DNA of 64,000 bases from the NCBI GenBank assembly GCA_016235455.1, contig JACRKZ010000067.1, positions 111,732 to 175,731 of the forward strand. Direction: 5' to 3'. Below the pieces are notes generated by a model that saw nothing but the letters and a program-made list of their open reading frames with translations, was not told where the DNA came from and made no database searches. This document shows positions 49,027 through 59,968 of the stretch, in pieces (position 1 is the first letter of the stretch; the number at the start of each line of letters is the position of its first letter). The position numbers and the translations under genes were made by a program. The DNA is from Armatimonadota bacterium (GTDB lineage Bacteria > Armatimonadota > UBA10988).

Positions 49027-51423
49027 CTACCGCCTTCCGAAGGTGCGCACTCGCACCTCGCTGCCATCACTCGTGTAGGTTATCATACCCTCGTCGTCGG
49101 TGCGATGCACCCCGATCCCGCGCTCCCGCAGGCGAGCCAGCGTCAGTGGTGCCGGATGACCGTACATATTCGGCCCGACGGACACCGCCGCCTGCTTGGG
49201 CGAGACCGCTGACAGCAAGGCCTCGGTGCAACTGGTGGCCGAGCCCTGATGCGGCACCTTGAGCACCGTCGCGGCCAGATCGGCGCCTGACGCCACCAAC
49301 TCCTGCTCGCCCGCGGCCTCCAGGTCACCAGCCAGGAGGAGGGCGGTCGAGCCATACCGCACACGCAGCACCGCTGATGTGTCGTTGACGCCCATCTTGC
49401 CCACCTCCGCGGGCGGCCAAACCACCTCGACCAGCGCGCCGCCGCCCAGATCGATGCGCTGCCCCGCGGCCAGCGGGCGAGTCTCGCTGCCGGTCGCCGC
49501 GGCGCGGTCGCGCAGGCGCACGGCGTCCTCGGCGGCGCCGGCGGCCGTGGCCGGCGTCAACCACAGCCGGGCCCGCGGATAGGCCTGCATCACCGCCGGC
49601 AGGCCACCGATGTGGTCGCGATGCTCGTGCGTGGCGACGATGTCGTCCAGGTGGCGCACGCCCATGAGCATCAGCGCGGGTACCACTCGCTGCTCGCCGG
49701 CGTCGGTCACGCCGCCCGTACCGACCGTGCGCGGGCCCGCGTCGATCAGCATAGTGCGGCCGGTCGGCGAGCGCACCACGATCGCATCGCCCTCACCCAC
49801 ATCCAGCACCGACACGGTCAGCCGTGGATGGCCCAGTGCCCAGGCGGCATGGCACAGCCAGGCGGCCAGGACCGCCATGCCGACCAGCAGCACCCGCTCG
49901 CGCGGCCAGGCCTGCAGCCGAAGCCGCAACCGGGCCAGCACGCTGGGCCGGCCAGGCTCCGTTGGCGCCACCGCCAGGCACAGCCCGGCCAGCCCAAGCA
50001 CCACCCAGAAGGCCTGCGCAGGGGTCATGACGACACCTTCCCAGTAGCCAAACGGCCACCGACTCATCGCGCCGACGGCGGCCACGAGGACGTCCATCAG
50101 CCAGCGCGGCACCCACAGCAGCCCGTGCGCCAGCGACGGCGAGACGGTGCCGACCGCCGCCGCCAGCAGCCCGCTGGGCACCAGCACGCCAGCCATGGGT
50201 AGCGCCGGCAGGTTGCTCAGCAGGCCGACCCAGGCCAGCTTGCGGAACTGGAAGACCATCAGCGGCGCTACCATCAGCTGCGCGCCGAGGCTGAAGCAGA
50301 CCACCGAGCCCAGCCAACGGCCGAGCCACGGCTCCCAGCGACGCGCCAGGGGGATGCCGATCAGGGCCACGCCGGCCGTGGCCACATAGCTGAGCTGGAA
50401 GCCCACATCGCCCAGCACCGGCGGCCACCACAGCACCTGCGCCGCCGCCGCCACCGCCAGCGCGGTCAGCAGGTCGTAGTCGCGGCCCAGCACCATGGCG
50501 CCCAGCACCAGCACGCCCATCACCGAGGCCCGTACGATAGACGCCTCGGGCCCGGTGACCAGCGCATAGGCGATCACCAGCATCAGGCCCAGCGCCATCA
50601 CCGCGCTCGGCCGCAGCGGCAGCACCCGGCTCAACCCCAGCACCAGCAGGATGAGTAGCGACACTTGCGTGCCCGACGCCACCAGCAGGTGCGACAGCCC
50701 GACGCGGCGGAAGGCATCCTCGATGGGCGCTTCGACCGGCGCCGCATAGATGCCGAACACCAGGCCGTTGAGCAGGTTGGCCGCGGCATCGCGCGCGTGA
50801 CCCGGCATGGCGCGATGCACCGCGGCACACAGCCGGGCACGCAGCACGGCGCCGACCTGAGCCAGCGCCGAGGCGCGCCGTCGCGCCAGCACCTGCGGCG
50901 GCGCCTTGAGATCCGCAATGAGCTGCACGCCCTCGCGCTGCAGGCGCCGACGATGACTATACTGCCCAGGGTTGCCGGCGGTGCCCGGCCGTTCCAGACG
51001 TAGTTCGAGACGCAGGCGATCACCCAGCACCACGGGCGCCCGGCCGGGACACAGCACCTGCACCACACCGCCCGGTTGGCGCCATGCGCCCTGCGCGTCG
51101 CGCAGCCACTGGACCAGCAGATCAAACCGCTCGCCACCAGCGCGACGAGGCTCGGGCGGCTGGCGCACCACGCCGACCACCGCGCAGGTCGTGTCGGCGA
51201 AGGCGTACAGCGGATGTGTAGGCCAGGTCCGCTCGACCCACAGCGCGCGTCCGCCGCCCATCAGCGCCGCCAGCGCCAGCAGCCAGATCAGCCGGCCACG
51301 CCACAGAGCGACCACGACCAACGGCGGCACGAGCCACAGCGACCTCGTCGCCGCACTGGCCACCAACACCAGGCAGGCGACCAGCAGAGGTCGCGGCAGA
51401 TAGCTTTGCGGTGTGTCACTCAC
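49027..51423 (-). CDS. comEC: ComEC/Rec2 DNA internalisation competence protein
   Basis: GLSHLLVASGTQV, RASVM, GFQLSY; C-terminal metallo-beta-lactamase domain DVGEGDA, THEHRDHIGG, KVPHQGS, YGHP, RTD. Confidence 0.92.
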   Translation of the reverse strand: MSDTPQSYLPRPLLVACLVLVASAATRSLWLVPPLVVVALWRGRLIWLLALAALMGGGRALWVERTWPTHPLYAFADTTCAVVGVVRQPPEPRRAGGERFDLLVQWLRDAQGAWRQPGGVVQVLCPGRAPVVLGDRLRLELRLERPGTAGNPGQYSHRRRLQREGVQLIADLKAPPQVLARRRASALAQVGAVLRARLCAAVHRAMPGHARDAAANLLNGLVFGIYAAPVEAPIEDAFRRVGLSHLLVASGTQVSLLILLVLGLSRVLPLRPSAVMALGLMLVIAYALVTGPEASIVRASVMGVLVLGAMVLGRDYDLLTALAVAAAAQVLWWPPVLGDVGFQLSYVATAGVALIGIPLARRWEPWLGRWLGSVVCFSLGAQLMVAPLMVFQFRKLAWVGLLSNLPALPMAGVLVPSGLLAAAVGTVSPSLAHGLLWVPRWLMDVLVAAVGAMSRWPFGYWEGVVMTPAQAFWVVLGLAGLCLAVAPTEPGRPSVLARLRLRLQAWPRERVLLVGMAVLAAWLCHAAWALGHPRLTVSVLDVGEGDAIVVRSPTGRTMLIDAGPRTVGTGGVTDAGEQRVVPALMLMGVRHLDDIVATHEHRDHIGGLPAVMQAYPRARLWLTPATAAGAAEDAVRLRDRAAATGSETRPLAAGQRIDLGGGALVEVVWPPAEVGKMGVNDTSAVLRVRYGSTALLLAGDLEAAGEQELVASGADLAATVLKVPHQGSATSCTEALLSAVSPKQAAVSVGPNMYGHPAPLTLARLRERGIGVHRTDDEGMITYTSDGSEVRVRTFGRR

Positions 51424-51462
51424 TACCCGCCATTGTACGGGATTGCAGACGCCGTGGCGGCA

Positions 51463-52518
51463 TCACACTCTGAACACACCGTACAGATCGATGGCGTCGT
51501 GGAAGGCAACGATGTTGTCCCAGGGTACTTCGGGCTCGACGACATGCGTCGGGGCCAGCACCAGGCCGGGCGCCATCAGGTCGATGGAGCGCTTCACCGC
51601 GGCCCGCACGTCGTCAGGCGTGCCCCAGGGCATGACCTGCTGGGTGCCGATGGTGCCCCAGAACGCCAGCTTGTCGCCATAGGCGGCGGCGATGTCGGCC
51701 AGGTCCATGCACTCGGGCTGAACCGGGTTGAGCACCGTCACACCGACCTCGATCAGGTCAGGGATGATCGGCCGGATGTCGCCGTCGCTGTGGTACCACA
51801 CCGGCAGCTCGGGGTTGACCGCGCGCGCGCTGGCGATGACCCTGGTCAGCAGCGGCTTGAGGTGCTCGCGCCACAAGTCGGGCCGAATGACCATGCGGTC
51901 CTGCATGCCCACGTCGTCGCCGACGCGCAGCATATCGATGCCGGCCTCGGCCATGCGCCGTGCCTTGAAGCAGTTGTGATCGCAGATGCGGCCGAGCGTG
52001 TAGTCGACCAGATCCGGCCGGAGCATCAGGTCCGACAGCGACCGTTCATAGCCAAGCAACTGCCAAGCCGTCTCCCAGATGTGCCCGGCAAAGGCGCTGA
52101 CGTGGTAGCCCTGCTCCTGGTAGAACTTGACCTCATCCTCGAGGTGCTCGTGCCGGCGCGGGTCGGTGAAGTCCGGCCACGGATACTCCTCCAGGCCGGC
52201 CACGCTGCGCACGTCCTCCAGCGGGAAGACCTTCTTGGTGAAGTGGTGGAACTCGCCAGCCACCTCGCCGGTGCCGTAGTCGTGGTCGATGTACATGCCC
52301 TTGAGGCCGTGGTAGTACTCGGAGAAGTCGACCGCTTCGCGCGGGCCGCGGAAGCCCACCTCGCGCGTAGCCCAGCCGAAGTACTCCGCTGGACTGGCGT
52401 TGGGGCCCAGCTTCTCGCGCGCAAGGCGCGTGATGGACGGGGTGAAGGCCATCTCGCAAGGCACGCGGTCCACCGGTTGCCGGCGTACGGCGGCGTTCAC
52501 TCTCTCGCGCGGAGTCAT
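51463..52518 (-). CDS. uroporphyrinogen decarboxylase / MtaA-like family protein
   Basis: MTPRERV..DRVP, GDDVG, YHSDG, LNPVQPECMD, WGTIGTQ, APTHVV. Confidence 0.85.
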   Translation of the reverse strand: MTPRERVNAAVRRQPVDRVPCEMAFTPSITRLAREKLGPNASPAEYFGWATREVGFRGPREAVDFSEYYHGLKGMYIDHDYGTGEVAGEFHHFTKKVFPLEDVRSVAGLEEYPWPDFTDPRRHEHLEDEVKFYQEQGYHVSAFAGHIWETAWQLLGYERSLSDLMLRPDLVDYTLGRICDHNCFKARRMAEAGIDMLRVGDDVGMQDRMVIRPDLWREHLKPLLTRVIASARAVNPELPVWYHSDGDIRPIIPDLIEVGVTVLNPVQPECMDLADIAAAYGDKLAFWGTIGTQQVMPWGTPDDVRAAVKRSIDLMAPGLVLAPTHVVEPEVPWDNIVAFHDAIDLYGVFRV

Positions 52519-52531
52519 GGTCCTAGCTCCT

Positions 52532-54004
52532 CTAGCGGTGACAGCACTCGCTCATCATCAGATTCACCAACGTGCGGACGCCCATGCCGGTCGCGCCCTT
52601 GGGCTGGCACGGGCCCTCGGTGTCGGTCAGGGCCATGCCCGCAATATCCAGATGCAGCCACGGCGTGTCGCCGACGAACGACGCCAGGAACATGGCGGCG
52701 GCACTAGCGCCACCGCTGGGCGAGCCGGCGACATTCTTGATGTCGGCCACACTGCTCTTGAGCAGGTCGGCATAGCCCTCATCCAGCGGCAGCGGCCAGA
52801 ACCGCTCACCAGCGGCCTCGCCGGCATCGCGCAGCCTTCGTACCAGCGCCTCGTCGGCGCCGAACACACCGGCGAACACCGGGCCCAGCGCACGCGCACA
52901 TGCGCCGGATAGCGTGGCGATGTCGACCACCGGTGACAAGCCCAGATCGCGTGTCGCGTAGGTCAACGCGTCGGCCAGGATGAGCCGGCCCTCGGCATCC
53001 GTGTTGAGCACCTCGACATGCCGACCGTCAAGCGCGGTCACCACGTCGCTCGGACGGAGGCTGGCCGGACCGACCAGATTGGCCACCAACGGCAGCACGG
53101 CAGTCACGTTGCGTCGCACGCCCAACTGCGCCGCGGCGCACATGGCGCCGATGACCGCGGCCGCGCCCGCCATGTCGCCCTTCATACGTGCCATCGACTC
53201 GCTGGGCTTGAGGCTCAGCCCGCCGCTGTCGTAGCAGACGCCCTTGCCCACCAGGCCCAGCGGTGTCTCGTCGACCGGTCCACCACGGTGCTCCAGGACA
53301 ACCATCGCGGCCGGCGCGGCACTGCCGGCGTTCACCGCAAGGATCAGCCCGGCGCCCATGGCGACCAGTTCGGCCTCGTCGACGACGCGCAGGCCCAGCC
53401 CGTAGCACTCGGCCAACGAAGCAATGCGCCTCACCAGGTCGGCGGGCATGAGGTGGTTCGACGGCGTGTTGACCAGGTCACGCGCCACGGCGGTGAGTTC
53501 GCCCTTGACCACGCCCTGGGCCACCGACGACGACCAGGCGGCCTCGCCTTCGGCCACGAAGAGCGTCACCTGGGCCAAGCTGTGCGCCGGCCCCGGATCG
53601 GCACAGTACTCAACGAAACGGTAGCCGCTGAGCACGAGCCCCTCGGCCAACGCCGCGCCGGCTTCACAGGGCGCTAGCTCTTCCGCGCCCCACACCACCG
53701 CCGAGGCGCTGCGAGCGCCCAGCTCGCGCAGCGCGTTCGCGGCCTGACCAACGGCCTGCCGCAGCACCGACGAAGTGAGCTTGGCGCCATCGCCCATGCC
53801 GACCAGCAGCACGTGTTCAACGGGCAGACGGCCATAGGTGGGCAGGACGGTGACCTTGGATGCCTTGCGGTCGGCTTTGGCGGGCAGCCCGAGCAGTGCG
53901 GTCGCCAGCGCCTCGGGCAATGCCGCCTGCTCGGTCAGCAGACAGACTGCCGCCTCGCCGAGACACGACTCGAAGCCGCCGCGCACCACCCTGACATCCA
54001 CCAA
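52532..54004 (-). CDS. pepA: leucyl aminopeptidase (M17)
   Basis: VGKGVCYDSGG, MKGDMAG, NTDAEGRLILAD, DIATLSGA, HLDIAG. Confidence 0.93.
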   Translation of the reverse strand: MVDVRVVRGGFESCLGEAAVCLLTEQAALPEALATALLGLPAKADRKASKVTVLPTYGRLPVEHVLLVGMGDGAKLTSSVLRQAVGQAANALRELGARSASAVVWGAEELAPCEAGAALAEGLVLSGYRFVEYCADPGPAHSLAQVTLFVAEGEAAWSSSVAQGVVKGELTAVARDLVNTPSNHLMPADLVRRIASLAECYGLGLRVVDEAELVAMGAGLILAVNAGSAAPAAMVVLEHRGGPVDETPLGLVGKGVCYDSGGLSLKPSESMARMKGDMAGAAAVIGAMCAAAQLGVRRNVTAVLPLVANLVGPASLRPSDVVTALDGRHVEVLNTDAEGRLILADALTYATRDLGLSPVVDIATLSGACARALGPVFAGVFGADEALVRRLRDAGEAAGERFWPLPLDEGYADLLKSSVADIKNVAGSPSGGASAAAMFLASFVGDTPWLHLDIAGMALTDTEGPCQPKGATGMGVRTLVNLMMSECCHR

Positions 54005-54104
54005 CCCAACTCCCTCGCCGCGCGACGGGCGCCGCGGGCTTTCATCGGCTAGTGTTCCGCGTGAGGGGTTCGTTGTCCAGGGGCAATCGCGGCGGGGGGT
54101 GGCG

Positions 54105-54250
54105 TCAGGCGAGTGGGGCGTCTGGGAGCATGTGCCCCATCATCTCGGTCAGAACCGGCAGGTCGTCGGTGACCACGGACCAGACGCGCGCCAAGTCGAC
54201 GCCGACGTAGACGTGCGTGATGACGTTCCGCATGTTGCGGAGCGGCCAGC
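54105..54250 (-). pseudogene. HEPN (DUF86) toxin C-terminal remnant
   Basis: Manual translation MRNVITHVYVGVDLARVWSVVTDDLPVL carries the R-X4-H motif; the N-terminal half is missing. Confidence 0.7.
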
Positions 54251-54269
54251 CACGACCAGGCGGCACCGA

Positions 54270-54565
54270 CCGCCTCCGTCACCACGCGCTGGCGCCAATG
54301 GTCCTTGAGCACGTGTTTCCCGACGAGGTCGACATCACGACCAAGCGGGTCTCCGATCTCACCCTTGATGTGCGCGAACCCTACGAGTGAGATGCGACGA
54401 CTGGGGTCCAACTCGACCAACAGGTCGACATCGCTCTCCGGCCCGGCCGCGCCGCGCGGTAGAGCCGAACACATAGAGGCTATGCGCGCCGAGTTCGGTC
54501 AACTCCGCGCGGTGCTCGGCCAGGACCGCCTGCACTTGCGCCAGTTCCGCGGCGAGGCCCCTCAC
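54270..54565 (-). pseudogene. frameshifted minimal nucleotidyltransferase (MNT antitoxin)
   Basis: AELTELGAHSLYVFGSTAR in one frame and GPESDVDLLVELD..LGRDVDLV in another; the shift is in a GC run near 54450. Confidence 0.75.
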
Positions 54566-54569
54566 CGCA

Positions 54570-56213
54570 TCAGCGGTAGACGCGGTAGTCGATGTTCGGG
54601 AAGATGGTGTCCCGCCACTCGCATTCCTCGAGGAATGGCACGTCCAGCCCGCCGTGTTCCAGCCCGCCGAACAGCCGCTCGAAGCGGGCCAGATGGTCGC
54701 CGGTGCGCTTGCGCGCATATTCGACCATGGTGCCCGTGCGCAGGATGAACGCCCAGTCGCTGGCCTGAGCCAGCAGCAACTCGCGGGCGCATTGGTTGAG
54801 CGCGCGCCGCTCCAGGTCGGTCGGCTCGCCGAAACGCCGGGCCAGATGCGTCATGCGCTCGCCCGCCTGATGCAGGTGGCGGTAGATCCAGTCGTTGGTC
54901 TCATTGAGCCAGAACTCGGCGAACCCGCGATAGCCCCACGAGCTGAGCTCGGGCTGAACCTTCTGGAGTACGGGATTGGCGGCCAGGTACTCGCTCGGCG
55001 TCGTCACCCGCACGGCCGTCTGGTCGAAGTGGGCCTTGCGGAAGACGAAGTCGAGGAACATCGGGCCTTCCCACCACCAGTGGCCGAAGAGCTCCGCGTC
55101 GTAGGGCGACACGACCAGCGGCTTGTGGTCGAGCACCTGACCGGCATAGCGCATCTGCTGCTCGCGGTTGAACAGGAAGTTCGCCGCGTGCGCCGCGGCG
55201 CGCTCGCGCGCCATGGCCGGGTCGTAGGGCTCCTTGGCGCCGAGATCGATGCTGTCGCTCGGACCGGTGATGCGGTAGTACTTGAGGCCCAGATGCTTGC
55301 GCTCGCCTAGCGGCCCCAGATACGGCCGCACGTAGCCATAGTCGAGGTCGTAGCCGATGTCGCGGTAGAACTCGCGGTAGGCAAAGTCGCCGGGATAGCC
55401 CTCGGCCGCACTCCACACCTGCTTGCTGCTCTCCACGTCGCGGCCGAAGGCGGCCACGGGCGCATTGGGGCAAAGCACCGGCGCGAACGTGCCGAACTTG
55501 GGCCGCGGCGAGCCAAACAGCACGCCGTGCGCCTCGATGAAGAAGTAGCGGATGCCCGCCTCGGCCAGGAACTGCTCGTGACCGGGATAGTAGCCGCACT
55601 CAGGCAGCCAGATACCCGCCGGCCGCCGGCCGAGCACTTCCTCGTAGTGGTCCGCGGCCACGTTGATCTGCGCGCGCACCGTCTCGGGCTGATGCGCCAT
55701 CAGCGGGAAGAAGCCGTGCGTGGCGCCGCAGGTGATGATCTCCAGCCCGCCCTGGTCCATATGCAGCCGGAAGGCGTTGGCCAGACTGCCGCCGCTGCGG
55801 TCGAAGACTTCCAGGCAGCGCTGGTAGTGCTGGAAATACATGCTGGCCAGGGACTGGAACTGCGGCTGGCCCTTGGTGCGGTCGATTTCCCGCTCGCTCA
55901 GGTCGATGCGCTCGACGATATGGCGGCGCAGGCGGTTCTGCAGCAGCGGGTCGCAGAACATGCTGAGCAGCGTCGGCGTCAGCGACATGGTCAGTCGGAA
56001 GGGCACACCGTCGGCGGTCAGCCCTTCCATCATGTTGAGCAGCGGGATGTAGGTCTCGCAAGCCGCTTCGAACAGCCAGTCCTCCTCGAGAAAGTAGTCA
56101 TACTCCGGATGCCGGACAAACGGCAGGTGGGCATGAAGCACGATACTCAGCGACCCGACATGCTCGCTCAAGACAGCCTCCGATGCTGCGCGGTTCGGTT
56201 CGCGCGCCGCCAT
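54570..56213 (-). CDS. GH57 1,4-alpha-glucan branching enzyme (DUF1957)
   Basis: LHAHLPFVRHP, ETYIPLL, CGATHG, GIWLPECGY, PYDAELFGHWWWEG, RELLLAQASDWAF. Confidence 0.93.
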   Translation of the reverse strand: MAAREPNRAASEAVLSEHVGSLSIVLHAHLPFVRHPEYDYFLEEDWLFEAACETYIPLLNMMEGLTADGVPFRLTMSLTPTLLSMFCDPLLQNRLRRHIVERIDLSEREIDRTKGQPQFQSLASMYFQHYQRCLEVFDRSGGSLANAFRLHMDQGGLEIITCGATHGFFPLMAHQPETVRAQINVAADHYEEVLGRRPAGIWLPECGYYPGHEQFLAEAGIRYFFIEAHGVLFGSPRPKFGTFAPVLCPNAPVAAFGRDVESSKQVWSAAEGYPGDFAYREFYRDIGYDLDYGYVRPYLGPLGERKHLGLKYYRITGPSDSIDLGAKEPYDPAMARERAAAHAANFLFNREQQMRYAGQVLDHKPLVVSPYDAELFGHWWWEGPMFLDFVFRKAHFDQTAVRVTTPSEYLAANPVLQKVQPELSSWGYRGFAEFWLNETNDWIYRHLHQAGERMTHLARRFGEPTDLERRALNQCARELLLAQASDWAFILRTGTMVEYARKRTGDHLARFERLFGGLEHGGLDVPFLEECEWRDTIFPNIDYRVYR

Positions 56214-56228
56214 TCCTCCACCGCGCGC

Positions 56229-57080
56229 TCAGTAGCGGTTGGAGACCACCATGGCCGCCGAGAACGGACCCGAGGAGATGCGTTCGGCCAGGAACTCGCT
56301 GAGCCCCCGCGCCGCATCCACCGAGCCTGGGAAGCCGCCCGCGCCAGCGCTGGCCACGCCGGCCTCGCCGACGCCCGCCAGCGACAGCCGCAGCGCGTCG
56401 TCGTAGAGCTGGCCCCAAGCCTCGTCGGCCTGCTCCGACGGGGCGTTGCGCGGCGCGCTCACCACGTTGGACACCGCCAGCCGGATGAACTCACCCACGG
56501 CCGACAGGTAGCCGAACTCCACTCGGTACTCGCGGTTGGGCCGCGGTGTCTGGAAGTAGAAGTCGGTAGCGTCGGGCCCGACCTCGATATCGCACACGCG
56601 CGTCGCCTCGCACGGCTCGCCCGCTACCACGCTGCTCACATCGTGCAGCCGCAACACGCGCCGCCAGCCACTGGCCGGATCGGTGATACCCGAGCCCGCC
56701 ACGCGCTCCCACGTCTCGGCCGACACATCCCAGTAGCAGAACATCCACTGCGGGTCGCGCACGAGCAGGACCACCCGGTCCACACCGTAACTCTGAGGAA
56801 ACATAAACGGGACGTCGGTGGCCAGCACACGGGGCTCGGCGGAGGCCGGTGACGAGATCGGCTCGGGCCAGGCCACCTCGGCCGCGGCCGGCGCCGGGGC
56901 GCTCGCGACAGCCGTGTCGTCGCCGTCGTCGCCAGCGCTCGCGGCCAGGCCGCAAGCCGCCTGACAAGCGCTCAGAAGCTCCTCGCGGCGGAGCCTGGAA
57001 TAGCCTCGGACGCCCAACTCGCGAGCGAACTCGCGCAGGGCGGCAGCACTCATCGCCGTCAGCTCTTCCTGGGTCCTCAT
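56229..57080 (-). CDS. Rho-N-terminal-like domain plus DUF4912 protein
   Basis: LREFARELGVRGYSRLRREELL (Rho_N); PQSYGVDRVVLLVRDPQWMFCYWD..LRLHDV..YRVEFGY..SNVV.APR (DUF4912). Confidence 0.85.
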   Translation of the reverse strand: MRTQEELTAMSAAALREFARELGVRGYSRLRREELLSACQAACGLAASAGDDGDDTAVASAPAPAAAEVAWPEPISSPASAEPRVLATDVPFMFPQSYGVDRVVLLVRDPQWMFCYWDVSAETWERVAGSGITDPASGWRRVLRLHDVSSVVAGEPCEATRVCDIEVGPDATDFYFQTPRPNREYRVEFGYLSAVGEFIRLAVSNVVSAPRNAPSEQADEAWGQLYDDALRLSLAGVGEAGVASAGAGGFPGSVDAARGLSEFLAERISSGPFSAAMVVSNRY

Positions 57081-57211
57081 AGCTCTATCCTTTGACCTCG
57101 AACCGTTCGATCGAGCCCGTGAACACGGGTGTCCGCCGTGAGCATTGTGCACCCAATTCGTGTGTCGAGAGTGTCGACTGCGTTACAGTCAGAAGACGAT
57201 ACGCGCGGGAT

Positions 57212-59031
<1,820 letters not shown>

Positions 59032-59068
59032 TCCGACCCTTATCCCATAGGCCAACTGCACCTATACT

Positions 59069-59962
59069 GTGCCCGACGTGAGTACAGTGATGAATGTGTT
59101 GGTCACCGGCGGGGCCGGTTCGGTGGGTACATGGGTGGTGAAGCTGCTGGCCGAGCAGGGCCATGCCGTCACGGTCGCCGGACGGAGCGAGCATAAGGAT
59201 GTCGAGGGCATGGCACGCTATGCCTCCCTCGACATCACCGACGCCGAGGCCTGCCGCCGGGTGGTGGACGGGCATGAGCGGGTCATCCATCTCGCGGCCA
59301 TCCCCTCGCCGGGCGGCGTGCCGGGATCGACGCTCTTCAACATCAACTGCGATGGCACGTACAACCTGCTCGACGCGTGTGTGCTGTGCGGCGTGGACCA
59401 TGTGGCCATCGCCAGTTCAATCAACGCGCTCGGGCAGAAGTACGGCGTCAAGCCGTGGCCCGTGCATTACTTCCCGGTCGACGAGGACCATCCGCAGCTG
59501 CACAGCGACCCGTACAGCCTGTCCAAGCATGTGACCGAGGAGATCGCGCGGTACTTCTGGCACAAGAATGGCCTGTCGAGCATCAGCCTGCGTATCCCAG
59601 CGGTCATGGCGCCCGGGCCGTGGTCCGCCGACTGGCTCAAGCGCGAACGGGAGTCTGGCGGTCGCGGCTTCGCCAGCGACTTCTGGGTGATGATCGACTC
59701 GCGTGACAGCGCTACCGCCTTCGACCTGGCCAGCCAGCCGATCTACGAAGGCGCGCACATCTGCTTCGTCAACGACACGGTCAATGTGGTGGGCGAGCCC
59801 AGCCGTGACCTGGCCGCGCGCTGGTACGGCTACGTCACCGACTGGCACGCGCCCGTCGAGGCCGACGAGGCCCTGGTCAGCCCAGACCGCTTCCGCCGGC
59901 TCACCGGCTGGGAGCCGCGCTACTCCTGGCGCGGCGTGGCCGACGGCGCACCGCTGCCCTGA
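59069..59962 (+). CDS. NAD-dependent epimerase/dehydratase
   Basis: VLVTGGAGSVG, HLAAIP, YSLSK. The true start may be 59078 or 59090. Confidence 0.9.
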   Translation: MPDVSTVMNVLVTGGAGSVGTWVVKLLAEQGHAVTVAGRSEHKDVEGMARYASLDITDAEACRRVVDGHERVIHLAAIPSPGGVPGSTLFNINCDGTYNLLDACVLCGVDHVAIASSINALGQKYGVKPWPVHYFPVDEDHPQLHSDPYSLSKHVTEEIARYFWHKNGLSSISLRIPAVMAPGPWSADWLKRERESGGRGFASDFWVMIDSRDSATAFDLASQPIYEGAHICFVNDTVNVVGEPSRDLAARWYGYVTDWHAPVEADEALVSPDRFRRLTGWEPRYSWRGVADGAPLP

Positions 59963-59968
59963 GCGCCC

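Noticed and set aside
54049-54474. 141-aa ORF as an intact gene
   Set aside because: It is the post-frameshift half of the MNT pseudogene running into non-homologous sequence.
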